NCBI RefSeq assembly: GCF_964204645.1
Contig: NC_134028.1
Span: 21,820,345 to 21,884,344, forward strand
Length of the DNA stretch: 64,000 nucleotides
Source: Tubulanus polymorphus
Lineage: Eukaryota > Animalia > Nemertea
Direction: 5' to 3'
Shown here: positions 25,567-38,800 of the stretch, one piece after another
Numbering within the stretch: the stretch's first letter is position 1
Layout of the letters: every line of letters starts with the position of its first letter
The notes under the pieces: generated by a model
What the model was told of the DNA's origin: nothing
The model's input: the letters and a program-made list of their open reading frames with translations, nothing else
Database searches by the model: none
Program-made: the position numbers and the translations under genes

Positions 25567-27800
25567 GTCCTCTCACGGGACAGTGTGTTGAACCGAGTCC
25601 TCTCACGTGACATTCTTTGAAACCAGGTCCTCTCACGGAACAGTAAGTTGATTCGGGTCCTCTCACGGGACAGTGTGTTGAATCGGGTCCTCTCACGGGA
25701 CAGTATGTTGAATCGGGTCCTCTCACGGGACATTATTTAAAAGCGGGCCCTCTCACGGGACAGTGTGTTGAATCGGGTCCTCTCACGGGACAGAGTGTTG
25801 AATCGGGCCCTCTCACGTGACATTATTTGAAACCAGGTCCTCTCACGGGACAGTGTGTTGAACCGAGTCCTCTCACGTGACATTCTTTGAAACCAGGTCC
25901 TCTCACGGGACAGTAAGTTGATTCGGGTCCTCTCACGGGACAGTGTGTTGAATCGGGTCCTCTCACGGGACAGTATGTTGAATCGGGTCCTCTCACGGGA
26001 CAGTATTTAAAATAGGGTCCACTTACGGGAAAGTGTGTTGAATCGGGTCCTCTCACGGGACAGTGTGTTGAACCGGGTCCTCTCACGGGACAGTATTTAA
26101 AATCGGGTTCCTTCGCGGGACAGTATTTAAAATAGGGTCCTCTCACGGGACAGTGTGTTGATTCGGGTCCTCTCACGGGACAGTGTGTTGAATCGGGTCC
26201 TCTCACGGGACAGTATTTAAAATAGGGTCCTCTAACGGGACAGTATTTAAAATCGGGTCCTCTCACGGGACAGTGTGTTGAACCGGGTCCTCTCACGTGA
26301 CATTATTTGAAACCAGGTCCTCTCACGGAACAGTAAGTTGATCCGGGTCCTCTCACGGGACATTATTTGAAACCAGGTCCTCTCACGGGACAGTGTGTTG
26401 AACCGAGTCCTCTCACGTGACATTCTTTGAAACCAGGTCCTCTCACGGGACAGTAAGTTGATTCGGGTCCTCTCACGGGACAGTGTGTTGAATCGGGTCC
26501 TCTCACGGGACAGTATGTTGAATCGGGTCCTCTCACGGGACAGTATTTAAAATAGGGTCCACTTACGGGACAGTGTGTTGAATCGGGTCCTCTCACGGGA
26601 CAGTGTGTTGAACCGGGTCCTCTCACGGGACAGTATTTAAAATCGGGTTCCTTCGCGGGACAGTATTTAAAATAGGGTCCTCTCACGGGACAGTGTGTTG
26701 ATTCGGGTCCTCTCACGGGACAGTGTGTTGAATCGGGTCCTCTCACGGGACAGTATTTAAAATAGGGTCCTCTAACGGGACAGTATTTAAAATCGGGTCC
26801 TCTCACGGGACAGTGTGTTGAACCGGGTCCTCTCACGTGACATTATTTGAAACCAGGTCCTCTCACGGAACAGTAAGTTGATCCGGGTCCTCTCACGGGA
26901 CATTATTTGAAACCAGGTCCTCTCACGGGACAGTGTGTTGAATCGGGTCCTCTCACGGGACAGTATTTAAAATCGGGTTCCTTCGCGGGACAGTATTTAA
27001 AATAGGATCCTCTCGCGGGACAGTGTGTTGAATCGGGTCCTCTCACGGGACAGTATTTAAAATCGGGTTCCTTCGCGGGACAGTATTTAAAATAGGGTCC
27101 TTTCACGGGACAGTGTGTTGAACCGGGTCCTCTAACGGGACAGTATTCAAAATCGGGTCCTCTCACGGGACAGTGTGTTGAATCGGGTCCTCTCACGGGA
27201 CAGTATTTAAAATCGGGTTCCTTCACGGGACAGTATTTAAAATAGGGTCCTCTCACGGGACAGTGTGTTGAATCGGGTCCTCTCACGGGACAGTATTTAA
27301 AATAGGGTCCTCTAACGAGACAGTATTCAAAATCGGGTCCTCTCACGGGACAGTGTGTTGAATCGGGCCCTCTCACGTGACATTATTTGAAACCAGGTCC
27401 TCTCACGGGACAGTAAGTTGATTCGGGTCCTCTCACGGGACAGTGTGTTGAATCGGGTCCTCTCACGGGACAGTATTTAAAATCGGGTTCCTTCGCGGGA
27501 CAGTATTTAAAATAGGGCCCTCTCACGGGACAGTGTGTTGAATCGGGTCCTCTCACGGGACAGTATTTAAAATCGGGTTCCTTCGCGGGACAGTATTTAA
27601 AATAGGGTCCTCTCACGGGACAGTGTGTTGAATCGGGTCCTCTCACGGACAGTATTTAAAATCGGGTTCCTTCGCGGGACAGTATTCAAAATCGGGTCCT
27701 CTCACGGAACAGTGTGTTTAATCGGGTCCTCTCACGGGACAGTATCTAAAATCGGGTCCTCTCACGGGACATTGTGTTGAATCGGGACCTCTCACGGGAC
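25567..27800 (-). repeat. Right subterminal 30-bp tandem array (~74 copies), inverted relative to the left array, with a 540-bp higher-order duplication
   Basis: Unit GGGTCCTCTCACGGGACA-GTGTGTTG/GTATTTAA-AATC; 25821-26360 and 26361-26900 are almost identical. Confidence 0.95.
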
Positions 27801-29546
27801 GGTAACTTGAATCGCGGGTTCCGTTGTAAAATCCTGCGTGAAAAACGTGCATTCATATCCCCTATTGTCCCCCTGGCCCTGCAGTAAATTAGAATTTTTC
27901 GGTAGGCCCTTATGTATTTATAAATGAAATCAAAATGGAAAATGTAATAATTACAATCGATAGTTGAATTTATTTATTCATAATCGTTATAGGCAGAATA
28001 CATAAGAATATATAAGGGACTCGAAACCGCTAGCATTGGAATCGACGTTTCATGTAAGAATTCTACATTTGTCCCGTGAGAGGACCCATGTCCCGTCACA
28101 GGCCCGGGTCCTCTCACGGGACGCTGCAGTTAAACTCATATGGGTTTTTACGCACTGGAAGAATAAGTAGGTTAATCTTTTTTATTCCGCGTGTACTGCG
28201 TGTGTCTGATTTTAGTGACAGCTGGTCGTGTTGTATAGTAATTGTTATAGATAATAGAGGGTGAATATTCTAATGAATGCTTTTTTAATGCTACGTATCG
28301 TAACAAGTGCTTCTTTCCATGTTTGTTCCGACCATGTTCAGCCGAAAATTGATAAGATTAGGCCGCCCTCTCTTCTCTTGAAAAAAAAACTAAAGGACGT
28401 AGCGTTATATTTAGTAGTAGGTGTAGTTTAGAATAATTAAGAGTGTAAACTGAGGGTCTCACTCCCTTTTCTGCTATTGTTGTTAATGTTAGGACTAGGT
28501 AGGCTTAGTTTGGGTTTCATTCATCAGTTGCAAAACATACACTCGCCAAATAGAATGTCACTTTTGTTTGAAAAAATCTGATACAATTATATGTACTGCT
28601 TTAAGTCGTGTTTACGACCTTAAATATTTAATTATTAAATTATCCGCGTAAGTAATGAGTAGGCTAGTTAGACTGAATGGTTATTGACCTGCCCTGATTT
28701 ATTCATGTACTACGGTATTACACAGGGTAATATCTCGACAGTAGGCCACTTAGACTTTGACCCTCTTTTTGTACAAAGGTCTGCGTTGAGCCATGTGCTA
28801 GACTGTCAGACTGTTTGATATAGTAGGAGTATGGTACAGTTGACTTGGCAGTGACCCTTATGTGTTATCCGGTTGTAGAGATATATATTTGTTGGTATTT
28901 TACTGTAAGTGACTGTATAGCCTTTATCGACTAGTCCGGTTCCGGCAACAAAAATACTCATTGAATTTGAAAGATGGATCAAGATTAGTGAGTATATATG
29001 TACTACTTCTTTTGGGGGGTACTATTATTTGGGGGTGCAGGGATAGTTGCTCGAGTTTGAAGGATACCGTGGCGTACTAATGATATGATTGTAATTTTTA
29101 CCATGATGTACATGCCCTTATGATTTGTAGTGTGTGATTACTTATTGTGATTCATCTATCAATAGACATTTCATTCTACCAATTTTTGACAGTCCACCTT
29201 CACATGTGATCAGTACTTAACTCGAAATGAATTACAAACACTAGACATTAGACATTTTATCGGCATAGGCCTACTTTCAAAAACAGATATCGTCCACACT
29301 TCAAACCTTACAATGTCAGGTGAACTGAAATTATTGAAAATCAGTAAAAAAATGTGAAGACTGACTTGGAGCATCACGGAATGGTTTGGACCAGTGGTTA
29401 CAATGTTCAACTTTGCGGGATGCCAGGTTGTAGGTTACCGGTAGTGTCCGCAGACAAGACACCGATCCTTGTTAGCTTTCTTCACCCACAGAACTGAATG
29501 TATATGTGACCTGATAGATGACCGAGTGAGCACTATCCGCTACGTT

Positions 29547-29793
29547 CAGGGGCGGATCTAGGATTTTCCATGAGGGGTGTCCAATGAGAAAAAGGGCACT
29601 CTTTACGAAAAACCACGTACTCCGGATACTTCTACACCATTTTAAGGCGTGCTTTCGGTCATTTCATGCGTTGAAAAAATATTATAGGCGGAAAACCTTG
29701 GTCAAAAAAATTTTGTGGGTGACATTTTTGAGGGCACTTCAAAGTTGAGGGGTCGGGGGCGGACACCCCGACATCCCCCTAGATCTGCCCCTC
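29547..29793. mobile_element. Non-autonomous DNA element with CAGGGGCGGATC TIRs
   Basis: CAGGGGCGGATCTAGG...CCTAGATCTGCCCCT flanked by an ACGTT direct repeat; same TIR as 49864-50702. Confidence 0.7.
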
Positions 29794-29829
29794 ACGTTAT
29801 CCTGTTATTGAATGTATTGTGATTTCAGT

Positions 29830-32800
29830 ATGATGGATATGTTATCGAACATTGATCGTTCTACGGCGATACGCGTAGGTGTCGCTGCTGCTGCTACTAC
29901 GACTGCTGTCGTCGCTGCTGGTTACCTGTTGTCCGACCCGGCTCCGATCGTACCGCCCGTCGATCTGAACTGTCAGTCCGTCGAAATTGAGGTATTAGAT
30001 TTTTTTAATTACCAAATATTCCTACATGGCCCGGTTCCACAGTTGTGAGTTAGCATCAACTCAAAAGGTTAGAATCAGTCCATTTTCGATATTTGAACTC
30101 TATAGAGTCTAGTTTTAACTGTGGAACTGAATCAAACTTAATTCTAATTCTGGCATGGAATTAATCTTGTTTAATGGAAATACGGTACCTACTATTCTTT
30201 AGATTTTTTATTGTCCATTTTTGGGTGTAACTGATTGACTAGGCTCAGAGTTTAGTTGCCAAGCAACACTTTAAATGAGGTTGCATTCTGTTGTTTCAGC
30301 CGGGAGTTCGTGCCTGTCCGCTGACGAAAGAGAAAATAATCGATTATTTATACGAAGATGCACAAACTATGTACGAAGGATTTCAGCGCGGTCTTAGACT
30401 GTCGAGTAAGTCTATTGAAGTATTATCCGTACAAATATTACGGATCCGTTCAAACCCTCAGAGGGTTATTGCATTTCAAACAGGGCTCTACTATGCAAAT
30501 CCATTCAAGCAGAAAGTGTATTTTGTCTTCTCATAACAGTAGACTCAGCCTAAACCGGTACTGGTCTATCCGATAATCCGTTCAATTCGGTAAATTAAAA
30601 ATGATGTCGGTTGTTTGCTACTCTCTTTTCAATACATATATATCGCCAAATCCGGTATCACTTTGCGGTAATCCGCCTCATCCGGTCAAATTTTCACTTC
30701 ATTTGCATACATTCTGTGCCTGAAACGTTAAACCGTAACTGCTCTTCAACTATAATACTGTATTATTAGGCCTATCTCTGTTGCTGATTCATATTAGGCC
30801 CTATGTTACTTACTGCTGCAAAATTGGCCATAGTTTTCATTACACGAGTGCATCATGGGTGAACCGAAATGGAGGAAAGTGTCACAGAATTCCTGAGGAT
30901 CGTAAAATGTCGAGTCACATTGAATGACTTGTTCGATTGTTGCGCTTCTTCAAACCGGTAACCGCCTAATTCAGCGGAAAAACAAAGGTCCCAACTGTAG
31001 TACTGGTTGAGGTGGAGTCTACTGTATAAACCACAAATTGTATCATTTCATGAAATAGAGCGAATACTACTACAGGCTGGCCATAGTGCCTCTGAGGCTC
31101 TGAAGCTGTGTTAACCTGGCGTCGAGACGAATAGTACTATAGGTGTAACTAGTTTATTTGACGCACAAGCTTTCGCTACTAATGTATATGGAAGCTTCAT
31201 CAGGTGAATGAGTCACCTGATGAAGCTACGATGCACTAGTAGCGAAAGCTCATGCGTCAAATAAACTAGTTACACCTATCAAGTACTATTCGTCTCGGTG
31301 TATTTGTAATAATTGAAGTCCGTGAAAATGAGATAGCTGCCGTGTTAAACCCTCAGAAATATGATATGAAATAATGATAGTTTTGAGAAATGAAAAATGA
31401 ATCAAAGAATTCTCATTGAGTTCTATGTATCTTATTTCAGAAGGTGGACCATGTCTCGGGACTCGGTCACAGGAGGGAGGACCTTATGAATGGAAGACGT
31501 ACGAAGACGTCTCTGAGCAGGCTCACGCATTCGGTTCGGCATTAGTAAACATGGGATTGGAACCGAACTCAAATACGTTTATTGGAATTTATGCGCAGAA
31601 TTGCCCTGAGGTAGGTTTAGATACCGACCAGTTTGTTTTATGATGACATAAAATCATCAAATTTACCGTACCATCATGCTACATCACACCGCATTAGCAT
31701 GCCACATCTTGCCATGAAGCGGTGCAGTGTAACATTAGTTACTGTCAGTTACAATTACATTTACAATTTTATTTACACTCCAACCATTCCAATGATATAT
31801 GGAGGAAAAATATTACATATATATACAAATATTCACAAAACAACACTTAAGTGGTAAAGATTTAAAGAATAAAATTGTAACAAATTTATTTATTTATTTT
31901 ATTTTACACTCGCAGCAGTTGACAGGTGCTGCCATCTTTCAAGACAGATTTCGACTGATAAACAATTTTATGGATTTGCACGCACTTTGTTACTGTTAAC
32001 CGTGGCTTATTAGTTAAGGAGTCTGTGAATCTATTTTTTCAGTGGGTTATTGTCGCTGAAGGTTGTAACATGTTTTCCATGGTAACCGTTCCCCTGTACG
32101 ACACGTATGGTCCGGAAGCGTGTTCTTATATCATAAACCACAGTAAGTTCACATCATATTCGGTTAACCCTTTCCGTGCTGACTAAATAATACCCTAAGT
32201 GCTGGAGAAAATGTGAAAATTTGGGAAAATTCCACCCTAGTGTGTTGAATAACGGGAATAGCACTATAGTGCGTCTACACCGTGGTGCGGTGTATCGTTA
32301 GGTACTAATATTTCACTCTGTTTGACTGGTGTTGTCATCTTTGTATACAGATAAAAACTAAAAACTAATTACATCAATACACAGCAGTGCAGTGTACTAG
32401 CAAAATCCATCACCGATTCATACACCGCACTGCGGTGTAGATGCACTGAAAGGGTTAAAACAAGCATCCTGTTCGACTAGTTAACAAGCTGCGAGTTTCC
32501 CTACTCGAGGACGCGAAAATACATTTTACATTTCGATTTCTATAGCCGAAGTTTCGACTGTGATCTGCGACCGAGCTGAAAAGGCTCAACACCTGATTAC
32601 AACTGCTGATAAAACTCGGTGTTTAAAACGAATCATCGTCATCGAAAACGTCACCAATAACAACATACAAGCCGCTGAAGAGCATCACATAGAAGTCGTG
32701 TCGTTATCCGAACTACAGGTAATGACTTAAGTTACGAAGTACGGTCAACCCGCGATATACCGCCCTCCCATATACAGCCACCCCGCCTACCGCCAGGTTT

Positions 32801-35800
32801 TCTCGATGTACATATCTATACAAATACATAATAAAACACCTGTAATCTATTGACTGTAATCCTAAATCATAAAACTTTCGGATGCTAGAAGAAAAAACGC
32901 TCAATTATGCAGAGTCTCTTTAGTATTTCTTCATAATTCTCTTGTCCATGGAAACATATTATGATGTTGTTTATGTTTTTAGGAGGCCGGGCGTAAGAAT
33001 TTGCGAGATCATGTTGTGAGTATTACCGATCCATTTCATTTTCTGTCGGTCCACCAATGTTCCTACTATATTACCGGTTTGTTAAAAAGGTGATCCACTA
33101 ACGCTTGAAATTCTATGATCGCTTCACCATTTTGATTACAGCCGCCAAAACCCGATGATTTAGCCGTGATATGTTACACAAGCGGAACTACTGGTAACTG
33201 GATTTTCATAGCTTCTATTCGATTAGCAGTGCTAATATGTCCCTCCCACCCTATAATGCTGGGAGTAAACTTTGACTAAAACTTTGGGGAATTCTATCGC
33301 AGTGCGGTGTATAATGGTTGTATTGAAATATTGCATCTACCCCGCAGTGCGGTGTATAACTGATATACCGTTGTATTTCATCTACCAGTGCAGTGTGGTA
33401 TATATGGTTGCTGCCATCTTTCAATCGAAATTTTGACTAAAATAACTAATGAATTTATACATCAAACTGCAGGGTTAGACGCATTGGGTGTATTATACAT
33501 TGCACTGAAGGGTTAGACTCAGTGTGGGTGAATTATACACCGCACTAAAGGGTTAGACACAGTTGGTCAATTATACGCTGCACTGAAAGGATTAGACGCA
33601 GTGAAAGGGTTTTAATATCGTGTTTGATATATTTTCTAGGGAATCCAAAAGGTGTAATGCTCAGCCATAAGAATGTAGTAGCAGATGTGTCTGCAACATT
33701 CATGTTATCCGGGGTAAGCTTTCGATAATCTCTTCTTCAACTTCAATAACTGGGTGTTGACAATTCAGGTTTCAGGGGTTCGAATCCTTGTGGTGCCAGA
33801 GGCTCTTGGTCAAAGGCCTTTCTGTCCTCAATCCAGAAAAAGAATCCTTGAACCTGCAAATTTTGGCGCTAGTGGAACCTGCTGAGTAGCGCTCAGTTTG
33901 TTGAGGGGAAATTAAAGAAACCTTTAACCTGATGCCTTTAACCTATCATTTCAGACGGTATTTGAAGCCAACCCGGAACAGATTCACATATCCTACTTGC
34001 CGCTTGCTCACATGTTGGAAAGATGTGTTCACGTACGTTTTGATAGTTTTGAAAATGAAATGAAACGTTAATGAAAATCTTTTCCTTTAAGAATTTCTTC
34101 GTCATTTCTTCAATTTTGTTTTGCGTTGTAGGCATTTTTATTGATGAATGGATGTCGTATCGGATTTTTCCGCGGAGATGTTCGTAAACTGATGGACGAC
34201 ATCAAAGAATTAAAACCGACTTTGTTCGTTACGGTTCCGCGTTTGTTGAACAGAATGTATGATACGGTTAGTTTGATCTTAGTAAACCATGCCTAACTCC
34301 GATTGGTCGGATAAACACTCTTCTTCAAGTCTGAGGAATACGGTGGAGGGTTGATTATAAAAATGAAATCCAAGATATTCATTTTTGGATATGAGCATTT
34401 TGAGCGATATCAACCGCTTTATTTCATTCAGTGACTTCTGAATTGGGTTTTTGTCCTTCAAATTTCAGAATTGCGTGAACTAAACTTTGAACTAAACAGG
34501 CTTAAATAACCATCTCTGATTTATATTGCATCATTAATTTTAGATCAATACTAAAGTCTTGACAACTTGGTACAAGAGGGCATTATTCAACGTAGCATTA
34601 AAACGAAAAGAGGCAGCTCTTCGTAGGTATGGTATTCATGTGCACGTATTTACCGTTTGACCGAGCTTAGATTTAAAAGATCGGTCTTATATTTAGTGAA
34701 TGGATCGATTTAATAGTTTGACATTATGTGAAAAAGATCGTGTTTCACAAGTTGAGAAAACACACAATATCCGTGTAAAATAGATGTGAGAGATGTGTGT
34801 CTGACAATAATTCAGCCTAAGAAGTTCTTGTAGTAGATGGCTTATATATTGAGCAACATTTCAGCTAAAGACTATTACTCATACACTTGATGATGGCTGA
34901 TAGTCTATAGCCGATGATGGTTGATAGAAGCATTGCTCAAATATATAAACCTTTTCTCTGGAACTTTACACCTTTAGCTGAATTATTGTCGGAATTCTTT
35001 CATATATCATGTTTATACATACGTAGACCTATGCATTTTCAGAGGCATTATTCGAAACGACACGATCTGGGATAAACTTGTATTCGGTAAAATTCAAGCC
35101 GGTCTCGGAGGTCGCGTCCAACTCGTCATTACAGGATCGGCTCCGCTTTCCGAGAAGGTGCTCAACTTTTGCCGTTGTTCGTTCGGGTGCCCGGTAAGTA
35201 AAACGATGAAACTCGATTGTATGAAGAAAAAAAAGAGAAGAATTTTCAATTATTCAGAAGATTCCGGCTACTAAGCATCAAACGATTCATATCTTCGACC
35301 AAGTTTCACAGTTGCAACTTTAAGTCCAAAGACGGGGTCTTAAACCAAAAGACTGGTGTTAAGTTGTTATCATATATAGAAAAGACGGATCCAGACTGAA
35401 GCTTGATTATAGAAATAAGATAAGCTTGAATCTATGCCATGACCGTGTATTTGGCCAGGCCCTGATTATTACGCGATGCGATGTCCTGTCATTATCTATA
35501 CTACTCTTATATATATATATCCTACGTAAATGCGCATGTTAATTGACACTAGTTGATCGAGTGTGATTGATTATTGAATATTAAGGTTATTGAGGGTTAC
35601 GGCCAAACCGAGGCATCAGCTGGCGTTACGATTAACGCACCAGGAGATTGTGTGTTGGGTGAGTTGCGCGGAGACGTAATTTTCATCTCTAGTTGTTACT
35701 GTTGCTGCTGCTGCTGGTGTTGTGTTCGTGTGTGACCTTGTTATTTTTCCCCTCGGATCATAGTGGATTCTCTGTTGTATGTGTTGTATGGACAGGCTTT

Positions 35801-38800
35801 GTGGTCGTAGAGAGCCCGGTTCTCTAAGTCCGGCGCACACTTGCTCGGTTTTGCTCGTTTGCCAAGAATTGGATTACTTATTCAACATTTTCGATATCAT
35901 CTCTTGTTTCTAAGTCTGCCTGATTTTTTTTATACGATTGGTAATCATTCTGGCTAGGCGGCCAACACGCGGGAAAGTGTGCACCGGTTATTATTTAGGC
36001 GTAGGTAGAATGCTTGGTGTTTTGCATGTAAATCAGGGCTTCCAGCGCTCCTTCCAAGTACATCTTTGTCCTTCTTTTGGAAAACTGTTTGGACAAACAT
36101 CATCTTTGCCCTTCTTTTTGACTGTAGGTCTTTCCTTGTGATGAAAACGTCCTTCCAAATTTCATTTTCACGTATTTTTCGTGGGGAATTTTGTCGCGAA
36201 TTCAACAGTTAGTTTGATTGGGAATAATAGGAGCTGCAATATGTCTTTTTCTTGGTGGAGGCATTGCAAAAAGCTTCCTTATGGGTACTCATTTTACTGG
36301 AAAGTACTTCTTTCTCAGTCAAAAAGTCCTTCCTTTCGGGTCTGAAATCGCCGAAAAGTACTTCTTAGTACGGTACAGCTTAGAATTAGCTTTACATCAT
36401 TAACGTTTATTTTCCGTTTCGTTTACGTTTAAAAGGGACAATGATCGGCATTTTGGAAAGAAATTTAACGCGTACCGTACATCGTTGTATCGGTTTTAAA
36501 ACGCGTTCTAATCGCGTGTACGATGCGTTTCAAACGGCACGATAAATGAGAACACGACGCGTTCAACGCGCAAACGATGCGCGATTAACGATAAGTTAAT
36601 TCTAAGCTGTACCGTATTTCTTTTTATCCCGGCCTTACCGCTGGAAACCCTGTAAATGTTTCCGCGTATAGAGCTTGTACTGTACACACGATGCACATTC
36701 TCTCTCGCTTGTTGTTGTTATATTTCGTGCGAATGTTGTTGTATATCCGCTGCAGGTGTTAGAGGGTTATGGTCAAACCGAAGCGACTGCTGGTGTTGCG
36801 TTTAACATTCCCGGCGACTCGAACGGCGGTAAGTTCAACACGTAACGTCATTTTAAACGCGTTTTTTCATGCGTGTGCGTTCGTCGATGCAGGTTCTCGA
36901 AGGGTACGGCCAGACGGAGACGACCGGAGCGTGTACGTGTAATGTTCCGTTTGAGATGCAGGCGGGTGAGTGAGTCTGTGCCTGCTGCTACTCTCTCTCT
37001 CCTCAGTTATATCATTGCTGATTCATGCTATACGCCATTATATATGATGTATCTTAATGATATTATATGTGATATTCTGCATGATATGTGGTATGCATGA
37101 TGACAAAAATACGTTCATATAGAGGTCACTTGATATGTGATATAAAGTGTGATATTCATGTACACATGTATTAAGTAATAATATGATATTCATATATAGT
37201 ATTAAAGTTATGATATATGTGATGTTATACACCGGTACGTGATATAATGCGTGATATGGTACTGGTACCTAGAACTTGGTTATATTCGTTCAACATAGCT
37301 TTGGTAAATTACGGAATCGTTGCAGTGGTTTGGTGGTATAAATCACCTCATCTGCGCAATAGGATCAAAAGGAAATTAGCTTGAGAAAACATTTGGTTTC
37401 TAGATCAACTGAAGTAACACGAATGCAGAATCTACTGTATTATGAAAATATTCAGTCAACCCGATTTATTCATATTTTTAAATCAAACTGAAGAATTTTC
37501 GATTGCACTGTGAACATTTTTCCCCTAAGTCAGATTCTTACTAAGTCGGACAAAAATCGCTGTTATCCAAAATAGATCCGACTTCCGCGGGATCGAGTCA
37601 ATTATCTGAAGACATTTTTTGCTACGCGCATATTTCACAGGTCAAGTCGGCTGTCCGATTCCGTGTAATCATTTGAAACTGGTCGACGTTCCCGAAATGG
37701 ATTACTACGCGACCGACGGTAAAGGAGAGGTGTGCGTACGCGGCAGCAACTGTTTCCGCGGCTACTTCAAAGACGAAGCGAAAACGGCGGAAACGATCGA
37801 CGCCGATAACTGGGTTCACACGGGCGACGTCGGAATGTGGCTATCGGTAAGCGTTTTGTTGTATAGTCGTATCTTTAACTCTTTCATTGCATCTGCCCCA
37901 TTTCACGGTCCTGTGCAGTTAGCTCAGTTGGTTGAGTGGAGGAGTGGGAACCGAGAGGTCTATAGTTCGAAACCACCTCTGGCGTTGGCTGTCGAGACAC
38001 ATACATGGACTAAGCTCTGCTAACTTCGTCAGGTTGTGAGCCATAACAACCTATAAACAGGACCTGGCTGTCTCTTAAGACCCACTAGGGTTACATTGTA
38101 ACTAATTGCAGTTGGGACGTAAAACTCTTCTTCTAAACAATAATCCAGATGATAAGACACCTGTTGATACTTACAATTTCTCTTCCGAAGTAAAGTTCAC
38201 TTGATTTTGCTTTTCATTACAGAACGGAACGTTAAAAATTATCGATCGTAAAAAGCATATTTTCAAACTAGCGCAGGTACGTAGTTAATTCTGAGAGATA
38301 ACTATCACTCAACCATTGTGGCATTTTAGATTTATTGTTCAAACTGTCTACGATTACGCTTGTCTACACTACTACAGGATAACTCGCTTAATTCAGATCG
38401 GTTTTATTCAGATTTTCGCTTATTTCGGACTAATAGCCCGGTCCTCTTTAAGTTATTTCTATTCAAATGAGAGCACATGTTATTTCATGTTATTAATCCT
38501 GTATTTTGGTTGTATTGAAAAAAGCCATGTCTTTTTACTGAATTTACTCCATTTTCTCAAAGTTAGTTATCATTACAGAAGGGTTATGCACAGAAAAGAC
38601 TTAGACATTTTAGAATATTTTAGATAATAAGAATTCCTGCTTCATTCCCTTGATGATAGTTGGATATTGAAGTTTTTGAGGGTTTAATTCATTGCAGGGG
38701 GAGTATATCGCACCGGAGAAAATTGAGAATGTTTACGTTAGAAGTAAATTTGCCGCCCAAGTTTTTGTAGATGGTAACAGTTTACAGGTATGTATAAACT

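Larger units (their letters stand above)
21272..28128. mobile_element. Foldback-type non-autonomous DNA transposon (MULE/Rehavkus-like architecture) with cargo gene
   Basis: TIRs TGCAGC..GTCCCGTGAGAGGACC(T/C)GGGCCTGTGACGGGACA at both ends; flanking direct repeat GTTAAAC (21265-21271 and 28129-28135; 9 bp with one mismatch); inverted subterminal 30-bp arrays; no transposase seen. Confidence 0.85.

Noticed and set aside
21702-27646. Cys/Pro-rich repeat ORFs (RGPDSTHCPV)n in the ORF track
   Set aside because: By-product of a 30-bp period; interrupted by stops, present on both strands, and without splice or start context.
25567-27800. CRISPR-like look of the 30-bp array (constant quasi-palindromic core plus variable part)
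   Set aside because: The variable part is only 8 nt and recycles a handful of variants, there are no cas genes, the context is a spliced eukaryotic genome, and the same core is in the element's TIRs.
33714-34131. Search for a second (F-type) gate exon as in vertebrate ACSL1/6
   Set aside because: Only one LPLAHM exon (33955-34032) is present; the flanking intron holds a SINE fragment.
35659-36755. Possible fourth EGYGQTE exon or nested gene (ORFs 35954-36205 etc.)
   Set aside because: No further GYGQTE-coding segment found, and the short ORFs have no recognisable motifs.
37030-37260. AT-rich TATGA/ATAT stretch after exon C
   Set aside because: Low-complexity sequence with no discernible structure.
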